Of a DNA stretch of 64,000 nucleotides, positions 20,846 to 30,363 are shown one piece after another. Within the stretch, counting starts at the first letter, position 1. Each line of letters opens with the position of its first letter. This stretch comes from an uncultured Rivularia sp. (lineage in GTDB: Bacteria > Cyanobacteriota > Cyanobacteriia > Cyanobacteriales > Nostocaceae): contig OY762007.1 of the NCBI GenBank assembly GCA_963665115.1, positions 2,816,001 to 2,880,000 on the forward strand, read 5' to 3'. Both the position numbers and the translations under genes were made by a program. The notes beneath the pieces were generated by a model. The model was not told the origin of the DNA and did no database searches. It saw only the letters and a list, made by a program, of their open reading frames with translations.

Positions 20846-22216
20846 ATGAAAAACTTTGCCGTTAGCCAACAAATTTACTCATATTTAGTAAAAGCTTATC
20901 AGTGGTACTTACGAACCCAGCAACGTTCTTTGGATGAAGCTTATAAAGCAGCATTACAAATTAAAGCAATAGAAGATGAACATTTTAATGGTAAAAAAAT
21001 AGAAATTAATTCGGTGGTTTATAGCAGCAGTGTAATAGACTATTTTGAGTCAGACCTCAAAAAACTTTTAAGAATTGTCAGAATGAGGTTGACGGAGTTT
21101 AAAGCCACTCGTTATTTGCTAAGCGAATCAAATATAAAAGAGATAAATAAATTTGATGTTGAATATCCTAGCTCAGAATTGATTTTAGAAAAATTAAAAT
21201 TCATCGACACAATAGTTGCTAAATATACTACATCTTTTTTAGAAGAAATTTCCTCCCAATCCGATACAGTTGAATTTCCCGAAAAAATTTCCGATGAAGC
21301 TTCCAATCAAGCTTCTAAAATTATACCAAGAATTGAATCAGAAGTAGTTCAAGCAAAAACTGAAGATGCAGCAAAAAATAGATCGCCTAACCAGCCAAAA
21401 GGTAAGGTAAATACCACAGGAGTATTGCCTCGTTCTATTTTCAATACATTCAATCGTTTACAAGTTGAATTAGATCCAAATGCCGAACAAGATATTGTAG
21501 ATAAATTCCGTCAGTCTCAAAGAAGAACTATTATATCAGTTCGATTTTTATTATTACTAATTATCATACCTATTTTAACTCACCAATTATCGAAAGCTCT
21601 TTTAGTTAGTCCAATCGTCGATCGTTTTAGAGGTAGCGAAGATTCTCAATTATTTATTAATTATGAAATGGAAGAAGAAGCGCTATTAGAATTAGAAAGG
21701 TTTGAAGAAAAAATCAAGTTTCAAGCTTTAATTAATAGTACACCTTCACTTTCTCCGCGAGAACTAGAAGAACAAATAGAAGAAGAAGTAAAAGTAAAAG
21801 CATTTGAAATTGCCGAAGAATACCGGATTATGAGCGGCAATGCAATAAAAAATGTTTTCGCCGATATAATTTCTGTAATTGTGTTTGTATGCTTTTTGAG
21901 ATTTAGCAAGCAACAAATTGCTGTTTTAAAAGAATTTTTTGATTATGTCGTGTATGGTTTAAGCGATAGCGCCAAGGCATTTATTATTATTCTATTTACC
22001 GACATATTTGTAGGATTCCACTCTCCTCACGGTTGGGAAGTAATTTTAGAAGGAGTATCGCGTCATTGGGGTTTACCAGCCAATCACGAATTTATCTTCT
22101 TATTTATTGCCACATTCCCAGTAATTCTAGATACCATTTTCAAATACTGGATTTTCCGCTACCTCAACCGTATTTCTCCTTCTGCGGTTGCGACTTATCG
22201 TAATATGAATGAATAA
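20846..22216 (+). CDS. pcxA: Proton extrusion protein PcxA (CemA family)
   Basis: GLSDSAKAFIIILFTDIFVGFHSPHGWE and FPVILDTIFKYWIFRYLNRISPS motifs. Confidence 0.95.
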   Translation: MKNFAVSQQIYSYLVKAYQWYLRTQQRSLDEAYKAALQIKAIEDEHFNGKKIEINSVVYSSSVIDYFESDLKKLLRIVRMRLTEFKATRYLLSESNIKEINKFDVEYPSSELILEKLKFIDTIVAKYTTSFLEEISSQSDTVEFPEKISDEASNQASKIIPRIESEVVQAKTEDAAKNRSPNQPKGKVNTTGVLPRSIFNTFNRLQVELDPNAEQDIVDKFRQSQRRTIISVRFLLLLIIIPILTHQLSKALLVSPIVDRFRGSEDSQLFINYEMEEEALLELERFEEKIKFQALINSTPSLSPRELEEQIEEEVKVKAFEIAEEYRIMSGNAIKNVFADIISVIVFVCFLRFSKQQIAVLKEFFDYVVYGLSDSAKAFIIILFTDIFVGFHSPHGWEVILEGVSRHWGLPANHEFIFLFIATFPVILDTIFKYWIFRYLNRISPSAVATYRNMNE

Positions 22217-22406
22217 TTTGGGAATTGGGCATGGGGGATTGGGAATTGTTTATTGATGGCTGAATTTTCTAAGATTTTGATGAAATTCTTTTGAGAGCGC
22301 TTTTTCTTACGAATTACTCATTAACAATTACCTATTAACAAGAAAATCTGTGTTTAATACGATAGAATTTTGAGAAATATTGAATTTTAAGCATTCGAGG
22401 ACATTT

Positions 22407-23967
22407 ATGTTCCAAGATATTGCGGCTCGGATTACTTTTCCTTCCTCATCTCTAAATTTAGTTACAGTCTTAGGTGTTACCAGCACAGCAGGAATACTTG
22501 GTTGGCGATGGTGGAAACACAAAAATTATTATAAATCTCTACATTCACTTCCTTCTCCTCCCAAACATTGGCTGTTAGGAAATATTCCTCAATTGTTAGC
22601 AGCAGTCAAGCAAAGGAAAGTATTTAAATTAATATTTGACTGGAGCCAGCAACTAGGGGCCAATGTACGTTTACTGGAGAGGTAGTAAACCAGTTGTTGT
22701 GTTGAGTAAGCCAAAAGTAATTGAAGACACCATCATTAATGGAATGCGAGATGGTAGCTTAGTTAGATTCGAGTCAATTAGCGAAGCTTGGAACGATATC
22801 GGTGGCCCAATTCTTTTAGGACAACAAGGATCTGAGTGGCAGTGGCGACGCAAAGCTTGGAATCCCGAATTCAGTTCTAGCAATCTCTCTAAATATGTGG
22901 AAATTATCAACCAAGCTTGCGAACAAGTGGTTGAGGAAATTCAGGAAGCTGAACTATCACAAGAGATTCGAGTAGATCCTGTTTTTGTAGAATTGACTAT
23001 GAGGGTTATTTGTTGTCTAGTTTTTGGGGTTCCTGTTAACCCAAAAAAACCTACTCTTGAAGGACCACCCCTCAACGTTGCGAAGCTATACGATGCCATA
23101 TCTGTTTTAAGCTATCGCTTTTTAAAGGCAGCTGTTGGTCAAAATAAATCGATAACATTTCTGCCAAATAAAGATTCACAAGCTTATTCTACTGCAAGGC
23201 AATGTATTAATGAATTTATCGCTCCTCGTGTAGATTTAGCTTTACAGATGAGAGAACAAAACAACACCGTAAAAGAAAATGTCAGTTCTTTGTTCCAAGA
23301 ATCAATGTTAGTAAAAATAGCTGCCAAAGAACCAAAATACAATCGAGAATCATTGATTGGAGAAGCTATTGAACTTTTACTAGCTGGTACTGACACGACA
23401 GCCCATACTTTATCTTTTGCAGTAGCAGAACTGTCTTTAAATCCAAGGGTTTTCCAGCAGGCACGGAGCGTTGTCGATCGAGTTTGGCAAAATCAAGGTG
23501 CTATCAGTATCGAAAACTTCAAGGAATTAAGTTATATCAGCGCTATTATCAAGGAAACTTTACGGCTTTATTCCGTTGCTTCCGGCTCAACTCCATTAGA
23601 GGCTAAACGAGAAACGGTTATTGACGGACAGGTGATTCCTGCGGGTACAGGAATATCATGGTCAATGCTTGCTGCTGGTAGAGATCCAGAAGTTTATTCT
23701 CCCAATCCTGAACAATTCATGCCGGAACGGTGGCTAGACAAAACGAAGGAAACTAGTCAACTGCCAATGATACATTTTGGTTCTGGTTCTCATCGTTGCT
23801 TGGGAGAGCATCTATCTATGTTAGAAGCAACCGTAATGCTCTCACTATTACTGCATCACTTTGACTGGGAATTAGTCAAAGGACGTTCATCTGTAGAAGA
23901 TTTACAGCAGAACATTTTGATTTATCCTGCCGATGGAATGCCAGTCCGCTTTGAATCGAGAAAATGA
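22407..23967 (+). CDS. Cytochrome P450 with N-terminal anchor, split by +1 frameshift at ~22656-22659
   Basis: PSPPKHWLLG, AGTDTT, ETLR, PERW and heme motif FGSGSHRCLG; removing one G gives QLGPMYVYW. Confidence 0.92.
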
Positions 23968-24209
23968 GATCGCAACCACCTTGTAAGCCGGAGGCTTTCT
24001 AGCCCGCACGCGACCCGGGAACGCAGAGAAATCAATTTCAAGGCTAATAAACCAAGTACGTTAAAACGTACTAAAAGCCTTATTTAGTCGTCTGAAGACT
24101 ACTTTGTTTGCTCGGGGTTCCTATTTATTCCAAGGCGGTTATTAATAAAGATGTAAGATGTTAGTTTAAAATAACTTTTAATTTGTAATTTTCTACACTC
24201 AATTGACAA

Positions 24210-25490
24210 TTGCGAATGAAAAAGTCACTTCCTGTAATTATCGTTGCTGTACCAGTAGCCACTTTGTTAATAACCGTTAGCCCTCTCGGACGTTTATTAC
24301 TTAGTCCGCTAGAGTGTCAATTAAAGAGATGGCAATTACCAGTATCGATTAAAACTCCAAACTCAGAAACACCACCGCTAATTGCAACAACAAAACCGCC
24401 TTTTCCCTGTTGTGAAGGCGATACTTCTTGTTTAGATAGACAAATATGGGGAGAAAGTAGTCAACAATCGGATAGAAAAATTCTTTTAAGTTCTATAGAC
24501 AGTAGTTTGCAATATTTACAAACCGCCAGGGCTAAGAACACGTATGAAAGATATGAAAAAAACAAAGTACCCGGAATTAGTAGAGAAAGAGTAATCGAGA
24601 GTTTACAAAGATTTCGTCAATTGCTGCTCGAAACTAAATCCGCAGCAGAATTAAACCAAGCTGTTGCTGAAGAGTTTGTTTTTTATCAATCGGTGGGCAA
24701 CGATAAAAAAGGAAAAGTTTTATTTACTGCTTATTTCGAGCCGCTTTATATTGCAAGTCGCGAACAAACAGCAGAATACCGCTATCCTATCTATGCTATA
24801 CCTCCAGATTTGAAAGAGTGGGAAAGGCCACATCCTACACGTTTGGATTTAGAAGGTGCTGATGGTTTACAAGGTGGAGAAGGCAAATTAAAAGGCTTAG
24901 AATTATTTTGGTTTAAATCCCGTCTCGAACCGTACATGATGCAAATTCAAGGTTCTGCTAAACTTCGACTGCTCAATGGTACTCAAACCAGCGTCGGTTT
25001 TGCCGGAAATGTCGCTCATAATTACCAAAGCATCGGTAAAGCTTTAATCGATGACGGCGAACTACCATCAAGCGGTGTGACAATGCCGACTATTTTAGAA
25101 TACTTTGAAAAAGACCCCAAAAAATTAGACGTTTATATTCCTCGCGACCCTAGTTTTGTATTTTTCCAGGAAAATAAAGGTGCCCCAGCACGAGGTTCAA
25201 TCCAAGTAGGATTAAGTGCAGAACGTTCAATTGCTACAGATAAATCTTTAATGCCACCCGGAGCATTAGCCTTGATACGCGGTCATTTCCCCTTTGCCAC
25301 AGACAGCGGCGATCTGAAACACCGCACAGTCAGCCGTTATGTTTTAGACCAAGATGCAGGTGGTGCCATCAAAGGTGCGGGTAGAGTTGATTACTTCCTG
25401 GGAACCGGAAAAATTGCTGGCGATCGCGCTGGGGTAACTGTCACCAACGGACAACTTTATTACCTACTACTCAAGAACAAATCATCATAA
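24210..25490 (+). CDS. mltA: Membrane-bound lytic murein transglycosylase A
   Basis: TAYFEP, MQIQGS, SIATD and 3D-domain QDAGGAIKGAGRVDYFLG motifs. Confidence 0.92.
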   Translation: MRMKKSLPVIIVAVPVATLLITVSPLGRLLLSPLECQLKRWQLPVSIKTPNSETPPLIATTKPPFPCCEGDTSCLDRQIWGESSQQSDRKILLSSIDSSLQYLQTARAKNTYERYEKNKVPGISRERVIESLQRFRQLLLETKSAAELNQAVAEEFVFYQSVGNDKKGKVLFTAYFEPLYIASREQTAEYRYPIYAIPPDLKEWERPHPTRLDLEGADGLQGGEGKLKGLELFWFKSRLEPYMMQIQGSAKLRLLNGTQTSVGFAGNVAHNYQSIGKALIDDGELPSSGVTMPTILEYFEKDPKKLDVYIPRDPSFVFFQENKGAPARGSIQVGLSAERSIATDKSLMPPGALALIRGHFPFATDSGDLKHRTVSRYVLDQDAGGAIKGAGRVDYFLGTGKIAGDRAGVTVTNGQLYYLLLKNKSS

Positions 25491-25828
25491 ATCATCTACT
25501 TTAAGATAGATATTATCAAATTATTTTAATTAATTTGTTTATAATTCTTATTGATTTCATTAAATAAAAAATGGAACCACTATAAAATTTTGTCGTCAAA
25601 TAAAATAGTGTCGTTTAAGCAATTAAGAATAGATCATTTTTGTCAATAGCTTCATATTGATCTTTATTTTAAAGACAAGAAAATATTTTTTTGCTAAATA
25701 ATTTGTAGAAATCAGAAAAACTGTGAGAGCAATTTGTATATAGAACTATTAATGCTGTAGAACATAAGAATATCAAGTTTAAAGTCTTGTTTACAGCAAT
25801 ATATAACGCTTTATCGGGGAGATTAAAA

Positions 25829-26276
25829 GTGATTAGGATTTTAGTTGATGCGGATCTAATTTTGGAAGCTTTAATGAATCGTAATACGGTACAAGATGTT
25901 AGAGAATTGCTAGATAAAGTAAACCCTTTGATTCAAATGTATATAACAGATGTTGGATGGCAAAAAATAGATACTTATCTTAATCATTTACAAAGTAAGA
26001 AAATTGCCGAAATAGTAATTAATTGGTTGGAAGAAAAAATTAAAGTTTGTTCCGTAAACCAATATATTTTAAAACAAGCGCGTTCCTCACCCATTAAAGA
26101 TTTTGAATCTGCTGTTGAATTTATCTGTGCTAGCTATCAACAATTAGATGCGATTGTCACTCATAAATACGACGATTTTGCCGAAGTATCAGATAAATTA
26201 TGGGTTTGGGTCTATGGCAGAATTATGGATACGTGCTAATTTAGAAACTCAACTCCAAACCGAAGCATTTATTTAG
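25829..26276 (+). CDS. PIN-domain protein (probable +1 frameshift at ~26208-26210)
   Basis: ILVDADLILE start, DFESAVE and DAIVT...DF motifs; the alternative frame continues WSMAELWIRANLETQLQTEAFI*. Confidence 0.7.
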
Positions 26277-26609
26277 CTTCTTGTTCTGTATTCTTAGAAT
26301 ATTATAAGTATCAGAAAAACCAGAAGATTATTTTAAGCATTCTAAACGAATAGAACGGAATTCAATTTGCTTTGGCAAGAATGTTAAGTTAGCCTCCATG
26401 ATTTTCTTCTGAGTTTCAATAATTACGATTTCTTTTCCTAAACGAGACATTCTCAAATTACGATCTTTCGTTCGTGCTAGTTGAAAGATCGTACTAAAAT
26501 AAACTCCAGCATAAAAATTGTAACCGAAGTCGTTTTTCCTATTTTTATAGGCATTAGGAACATTGTTAAACGGGTAAATATTGGAATAATTAACATTATT
26601 CGAGCATAG

Positions 26610-27077
26610 CTATCGTACAGAAACCTCTAATTGGTAATTTAAAATGCCATTGCCGCTAGTTTGCTGAGTAAGATTACTATTCGGAGCATCAAACTCAACT
26701 TTTATCGGAGATATCGCAGGAGCATAATTTGCAGATATTTCGACTTTATGCTCCCCTACTGACAAATAACGCGATAAATCAATCTCAGTGTTTTGATAGC
26801 TTAGGTTTTTAACAACTTTTCCATTCACAATTATTTTGCCATTTAATTGAGTTGCCGAAGTTTCAATTTTCAGAATATGTGGTTGCGATAGATTCGCAGC
26901 ACTTAAACTAACTTTTCCACGTTGATATCCCGAAGAATTACTGGTAAATGTAGTAAAACTATTTGAATTATTGTTCATATTATTAATCTGGTTATTTTTA
27001 GTAAAATTACCTGCAAAAGTTGCGGAAAACGTAATTAATGCAGCCGCACCGCAGATAATAAAAATTATTTTTTTCAT
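26610..27077 (-). CDS. Secreted beta-rich hypothetical protein (last gene of the secreted-protein cluster)
   Basis: Signal peptide (..ATFA-G), Asn-rich N-terminus, DLSRYLSVGEHKVEI beta-sandwich-like motif. Confidence 0.7.
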   Translation of the reverse strand: MKKIIFIICGAAALITFSATFAGNFTKNNQINNMNNNSNSFTTFTSNSSGYQRGKVSLSAANLSQPHILKIETSATQLNGKIIVNGKVVKNLSYQNTEIDLSRYLSVGEHKVEISANYAPAISPIKVEFDAPNSNLTQQTSGNGILNYQLEVSVR

Positions 27078-27240
27078 AACGTTTTTTTTTATTATTTTCA
27101 CTGTTGCTTGTTACCTATAAACTCCTTGATAATTGATGCGTGACGGCAACATCAAATTATTTCACGATCTATGAAATTAATCTTAGCCATCGCACACCCT
27201 ACAAACTATAAAATAAATAATTCTTATAAAAAATTCTTAT

Positions 27241-27272
27241 AAAACAAACAAAAGTCCCCCACTAAGGGGACA
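27241..27272 (-). terminator. Intrinsic terminator within the secreted-protein cluster
   Basis: Minus strand GTCCCC-TTAGTG-GGGGAC followed by TTTTGTTTGTTTT. Confidence 0.65.
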
Positions 27273-27298
27273 ATATTTATCTTTAATTTAAAAAAAAC

Positions 27299-27697
27299 TT
27301 ACCGTCTAAAAGAAGGAGCTTTAGGTTTTTTTGGTGTTTTTACGTGTACCGGAACATCTACTTTAATACCGATATTATTAGTATTAACACCAGTACGACG
27401 ATTTGGATCTCCATCAAGTCGTTGCCTGCTAGTTCGTCTTTGTTCGCAATCGGAAGATTTGCAAACTTGGGTTGATGTTGTTACCCCAGTAGTACCAACG
27501 GTACCTTTACAATTTTCGCCAAATTCTTGTGTTACATCGTTTCTTTGTCGTCCTTTTGGTGAATCATCGATTGACACTTGGACGTTTACATCAATCGCGT
27601 TACATCCTGCTAATGCTTTATTGCTCAAAGAAGGAACAAAAAAAGAAGAAACAGTAGTTAGCGAAAATAAGCTTAGAGAAAATAATTTCAACTTCAT
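27299..27697 (-). CDS. Secreted hypothetical protein with four Cys
   Basis: Signal peptide (..KALA-G), alternating V/T/N beta pattern, basic tail. Confidence 0.75.
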   Translation of the reverse strand: MKLKLFSLSLFSLTTVSSFFVPSLSNKALAGCNAIDVNVQVSIDDSPKGRQRNDVTQEFGENCKGTVGTTGVTTSTQVCKSSDCEQRRTSRQRLDGDPNRRTGVNTNNIGIKVDVPVHVKTPKKPKAPSFRR

Positions 27698-27711
27698 AGT
27701 TGCATCCTTGA

Positions 27712-28041
27712 TTATTGACAGGTTGTTGTTGTTGTGCGAGCGTAAGAACGATTATTACCAGAACCAGTTTTACGAGTGCTGCGGTAAGTTGTGCAATTAC
27801 CTCTTTTCTTTATGGTTTGACGGTAGATGCTACGTGAAGAATTGCGATTTGCAGAACCACGCTTAAATCGACGACGGTAGATTCTTCTACGATTATTTCT
27901 AATTTTTATGTCACCGTTGCGATTGATTGTTACCCTAGAATTTCCGTTTTGAACTTTAATATTTCCGGCTGTGGCAATTCCAGCAGGTAATATCATTAGT
28001 ACGGACAATGCCAGGATATAAATTGCTTGTTTAACGGGCAT
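27712..28041 (-). CDS. Secreted Arg-rich hypothetical protein with two Cys
   Basis: Start MPVKQAIY; signal peptide (..ATA-G); poly-Arg middle; ends TTTTTCQ. Confidence 0.7.
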   Translation of the reverse strand: MPVKQAIYILALSVLMILPAGIATAGNIKVQNGNSRVTINRNGDIKIRNNRRRIYRRRFKRGSANRNSSRSIYRQTIKKRGNCTTYRSTRKTGSGNNRSYARTTTTTCQ

Positions 28042-28176
28042 AATTTTGTACCTTTTGTAATAGAAAAAACCGATTTTTATAGTAATTAAAAAAATAATTA
28101 ATAAAATCGGCAAAACTAGAATTAGGTAACACCCGGACTCAAACCGCAGACTCTTGAAAAAGATAATTTGGTCGCA

Positions 28177-28518
28177 TTAGTAACAGTAGCGAGAACCCAT
28201 TAGGAGTTGACGCTGAATGTTTACTTGATCGGCATTTTGGTTAACAAAACCACCATCAACAGCAACAGCATTTTGATCGATCCGCTGATTTGAATGCTGT
28301 GACTGGGAATCTTTACTACATCTGCGGTTGCGGGGACCTATTCTTTCTTGACGCTGAATGCTTATCTGTCTACCACTTTGAATAACTCTACTACCAGAAC
28401 CAAGTACTGTAGCTTCTTGGTTTGTCTCTTGAGTAGCTCCTTGCCCTGCAAATGCTGCGCTTGGTACAAAAATCAAAGCAGCAGCTAGTAAACCCAGCGT
28501 AGAAATTTTCTCGATCAT
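28177..28518 (-). CDS. Secreted Gln-rich two-repeat protein (divergent paralog)
   Basis: AGGT RBS, MIEKISTLGLLAAALIFVPSAAFA signal peptide, two ~33-aa Q-repeats, ends YCY. Confidence 0.8.
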   Translation of the reverse strand: MIEKISTLGLLAAALIFVPSAAFAGQGATQETNQEATVLGSGSRVIQSGRQISIQRQERIGPRNRRCSKDSQSQHSNQRIDQNAVAVDGGFVNQNADQVNIQRQLLMGSRYCY

Positions 28519-28745
28519 TTTTATAAACCTTATTAGTGTTGCGCGTGTTGTAATTCTTAGTTTGTAGAGACGTGATACAGCATATTTAGTTTTGGTGAAG
28601 TACATTCTGACGGGCAGGGATGCCCATCCCACAAGACTTTCGGAATATAGATTTGTACCTCATTTAGCTGCAAAGGGCTGTATATCGCGTCTCTACATCT
28701 TCCGGGATAACGAAAAATCCTTGGGGAAGGGGTTAGGTTTTGATA

Positions 28746-29120
28746 TTAGCGATAGCAACCAGTACTAGATACTACAACTTGATTTTGTTCGCTGACGCTA
28801 GTAGTAGCTTGAGCATTATCAGAATAATCTATAGCACCACCAGTTTGAGTCGATGCTTGAGTAGAAGCTTGTGACTGGCTGCTGTAACTACCGGGACAGT
28901 GACGGCGGAAACGCTTAAAAGCATTGCGCTGACGTAATTTAACTTGTTCTTGAATACTCAAAGCTTCTCCACTCTGAGCATTTACACTACCGCCGATCGC
29001 AGTACCATGCTGAGTATTAATTTGTACATTGTCTTGTCTTTGGGAATCAGCAAAAGCCGCACCGGGAGCAACCATCAAACCAGCAGCTAGTAAACCGAAA
29101 GCAGCATATTTGTTTAGCAT
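28746..29120 (-). CDS. Secreted Gln/Ser-rich two-repeat protein
   Basis: GAGGT RBS, FGLLAAGLMVAPGAAFA signal peptide, two 33-aa repeats, ends GCYR. Confidence 0.85.
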   Translation of the reverse strand: MLNKYAAFGLLAAGLMVAPGAAFADSQRQDNVQINTQHGTAIGGSVNAQSGEALSIQEQVKLRQRNAFKRFRRHCPGSYSSQSQASTQASTQTGGAIDYSDNAQATTSVSEQNQVVVSSTGCYR

Positions 29121-29196
29121 TTTTTAAACCTCAAAAATTTTCATTGGTTGTCAATTATCAGTTGCTAATTAACTGATAATTGATAATTGATAACTG

Positions 29197-29604
29197 TTAT
29201 CGACAAGCGCGGTTGGTTGAAGCAGTTTGTCTTTGGTCGCTAACGCTACTACCAGATTGAGCATTGTCAGAATAATCTACAGCCACACCGCTTTGAACGG
29301 TTCCCTGAGAAGAATTTTGTGCCTGTGCGCTAGAGCTACCACCGCAGTAGCTAGGACGACTGTAACGACGGCCGCGACCGTAATGACCGCCGCGACGACC
29401 ACCTACTTTTTTGCGAGTTTTCTGAATTTGCTCTTGCACGCTAAGAGATTCAGAACTTTGAGCATTTACACCACCGTCAATTGCGGTTCCTTGTTGAACT
29501 GTATGTTGAGTACTATTCTGAGTTTGAACATCAGCCAAAGCCGCACCAGGTGCAACCATCAAACCAGCAGCCAATAAACCGAAACCAAATGACTTCTTAA
29601 ACAT
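29197..29604 (-). CDS. Secreted Gln/Ser-rich two-repeat protein (tandem duplicate)
   Basis: GAGG RBS before MFKKSFGFGLLAAGLMVAPGAALA; 135 aa; nearly identical to 29776-30183. Confidence 0.88.
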   Translation of the reverse strand: MFKKSFGFGLLAAGLMVAPGAALADVQTQNSTQHTVQQGTAIDGGVNAQSSESLSVQEQIQKTRKKVGGRRGGHYGRGRRYSRPSYCGGSSSAQAQNSSQGTVQSGVAVDYSDNAQSGSSVSDQRQTASTNRACR

Positions 29605-29775
29605 TGTATTTTCCTCGTTGTAATTGTGTTGTGTGTTGTTGTGTTGAATTGAAATGGCATTGCACAGATGAACAATTATCAATTACCAATTATTAATGAA
29701 TTAACCTTCCACACTCGCTTCGGGTGAAAACTTTTTGTTGTTCATTGTTCATTGTTCACTGATAACTGTTAACTG

Positions 29776-30183
29776 TTACCTGCAAGCGCGGTTGGTTGCA
29801 GCAGTTTGTCTTTGGTCGCTAACGCTGCTACCAGATTGAGCATTGTCAGAATAATCTACAGCCACACCGCTTTGAACGGTTCCCTGAGAAGAATTTTGTG
29901 CCTGTGCGCTAGAGCTACCACCGCAGTAGCTAGGACGACTGTAACCACGGCCACGACCGTAATGACCGCCGCGACGGCCACCTACTTTTTTGCGAGTTTT
30001 CTGAATTTGCTCTTGCACGCTAAGAGATTCAGAACTTTGAGCGTTTACACTACCGTCAATTGCGGTTCCTTGTTGAACGGTATGTTGATTACTATTCTGA
30101 GTTTGAACATCAGCCAAAGCCGCACCAGGTGCAACCATCAAACCAGCAGCCAATAAACCGAAACCAAAAGACTTCTTAAACAT
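29776..30183 (-). CDS. Secreted Gln/Ser-rich two-repeat protein (tandem duplicate)
   Basis: Same architecture as 29197-29604; 135 aa; ends RACR. Confidence 0.88.
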   Translation of the reverse strand: MFKKSFGFGLLAAGLMVAPGAALADVQTQNSNQHTVQQGTAIDGSVNAQSSESLSVQEQIQKTRKKVGGRRGGHYGRGRGYSRPSYCGGSSSAQAQNSSQGTVQSGVAVDYSDNAQSGSSVSDQRQTAATNRACR

Positions 30184-30363
30184 TGTATTAACCTCGTTGT
30201 AATTGTGTTGTGTGTGTTGTTGTGTTGAATTGAAATGGCATTGCATAGATGAACAATTACCAATTATCAATTATCAATTACTAATTAATTAACCTTCCAC
30301 ACTCGCTTCGGGTGAAAACAAATCATTCTTCATTGATAATTGTTCATTGATAATTGATAACTG

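Noticed and set aside
26328..26450. 40-codon minus-strand ORF (MSRLGKEIVII...) and 11-bp inverted repeat at 26459-26493
   Set aside because: No clear RBS or motif; the inverted repeat is more simply a 3' structure of the upstream gene
29701..30319. 31-nt direct repeats as a CRISPR array
   Set aside because: Only two copies, 588 bp apart, separated by a gene; no cas genes
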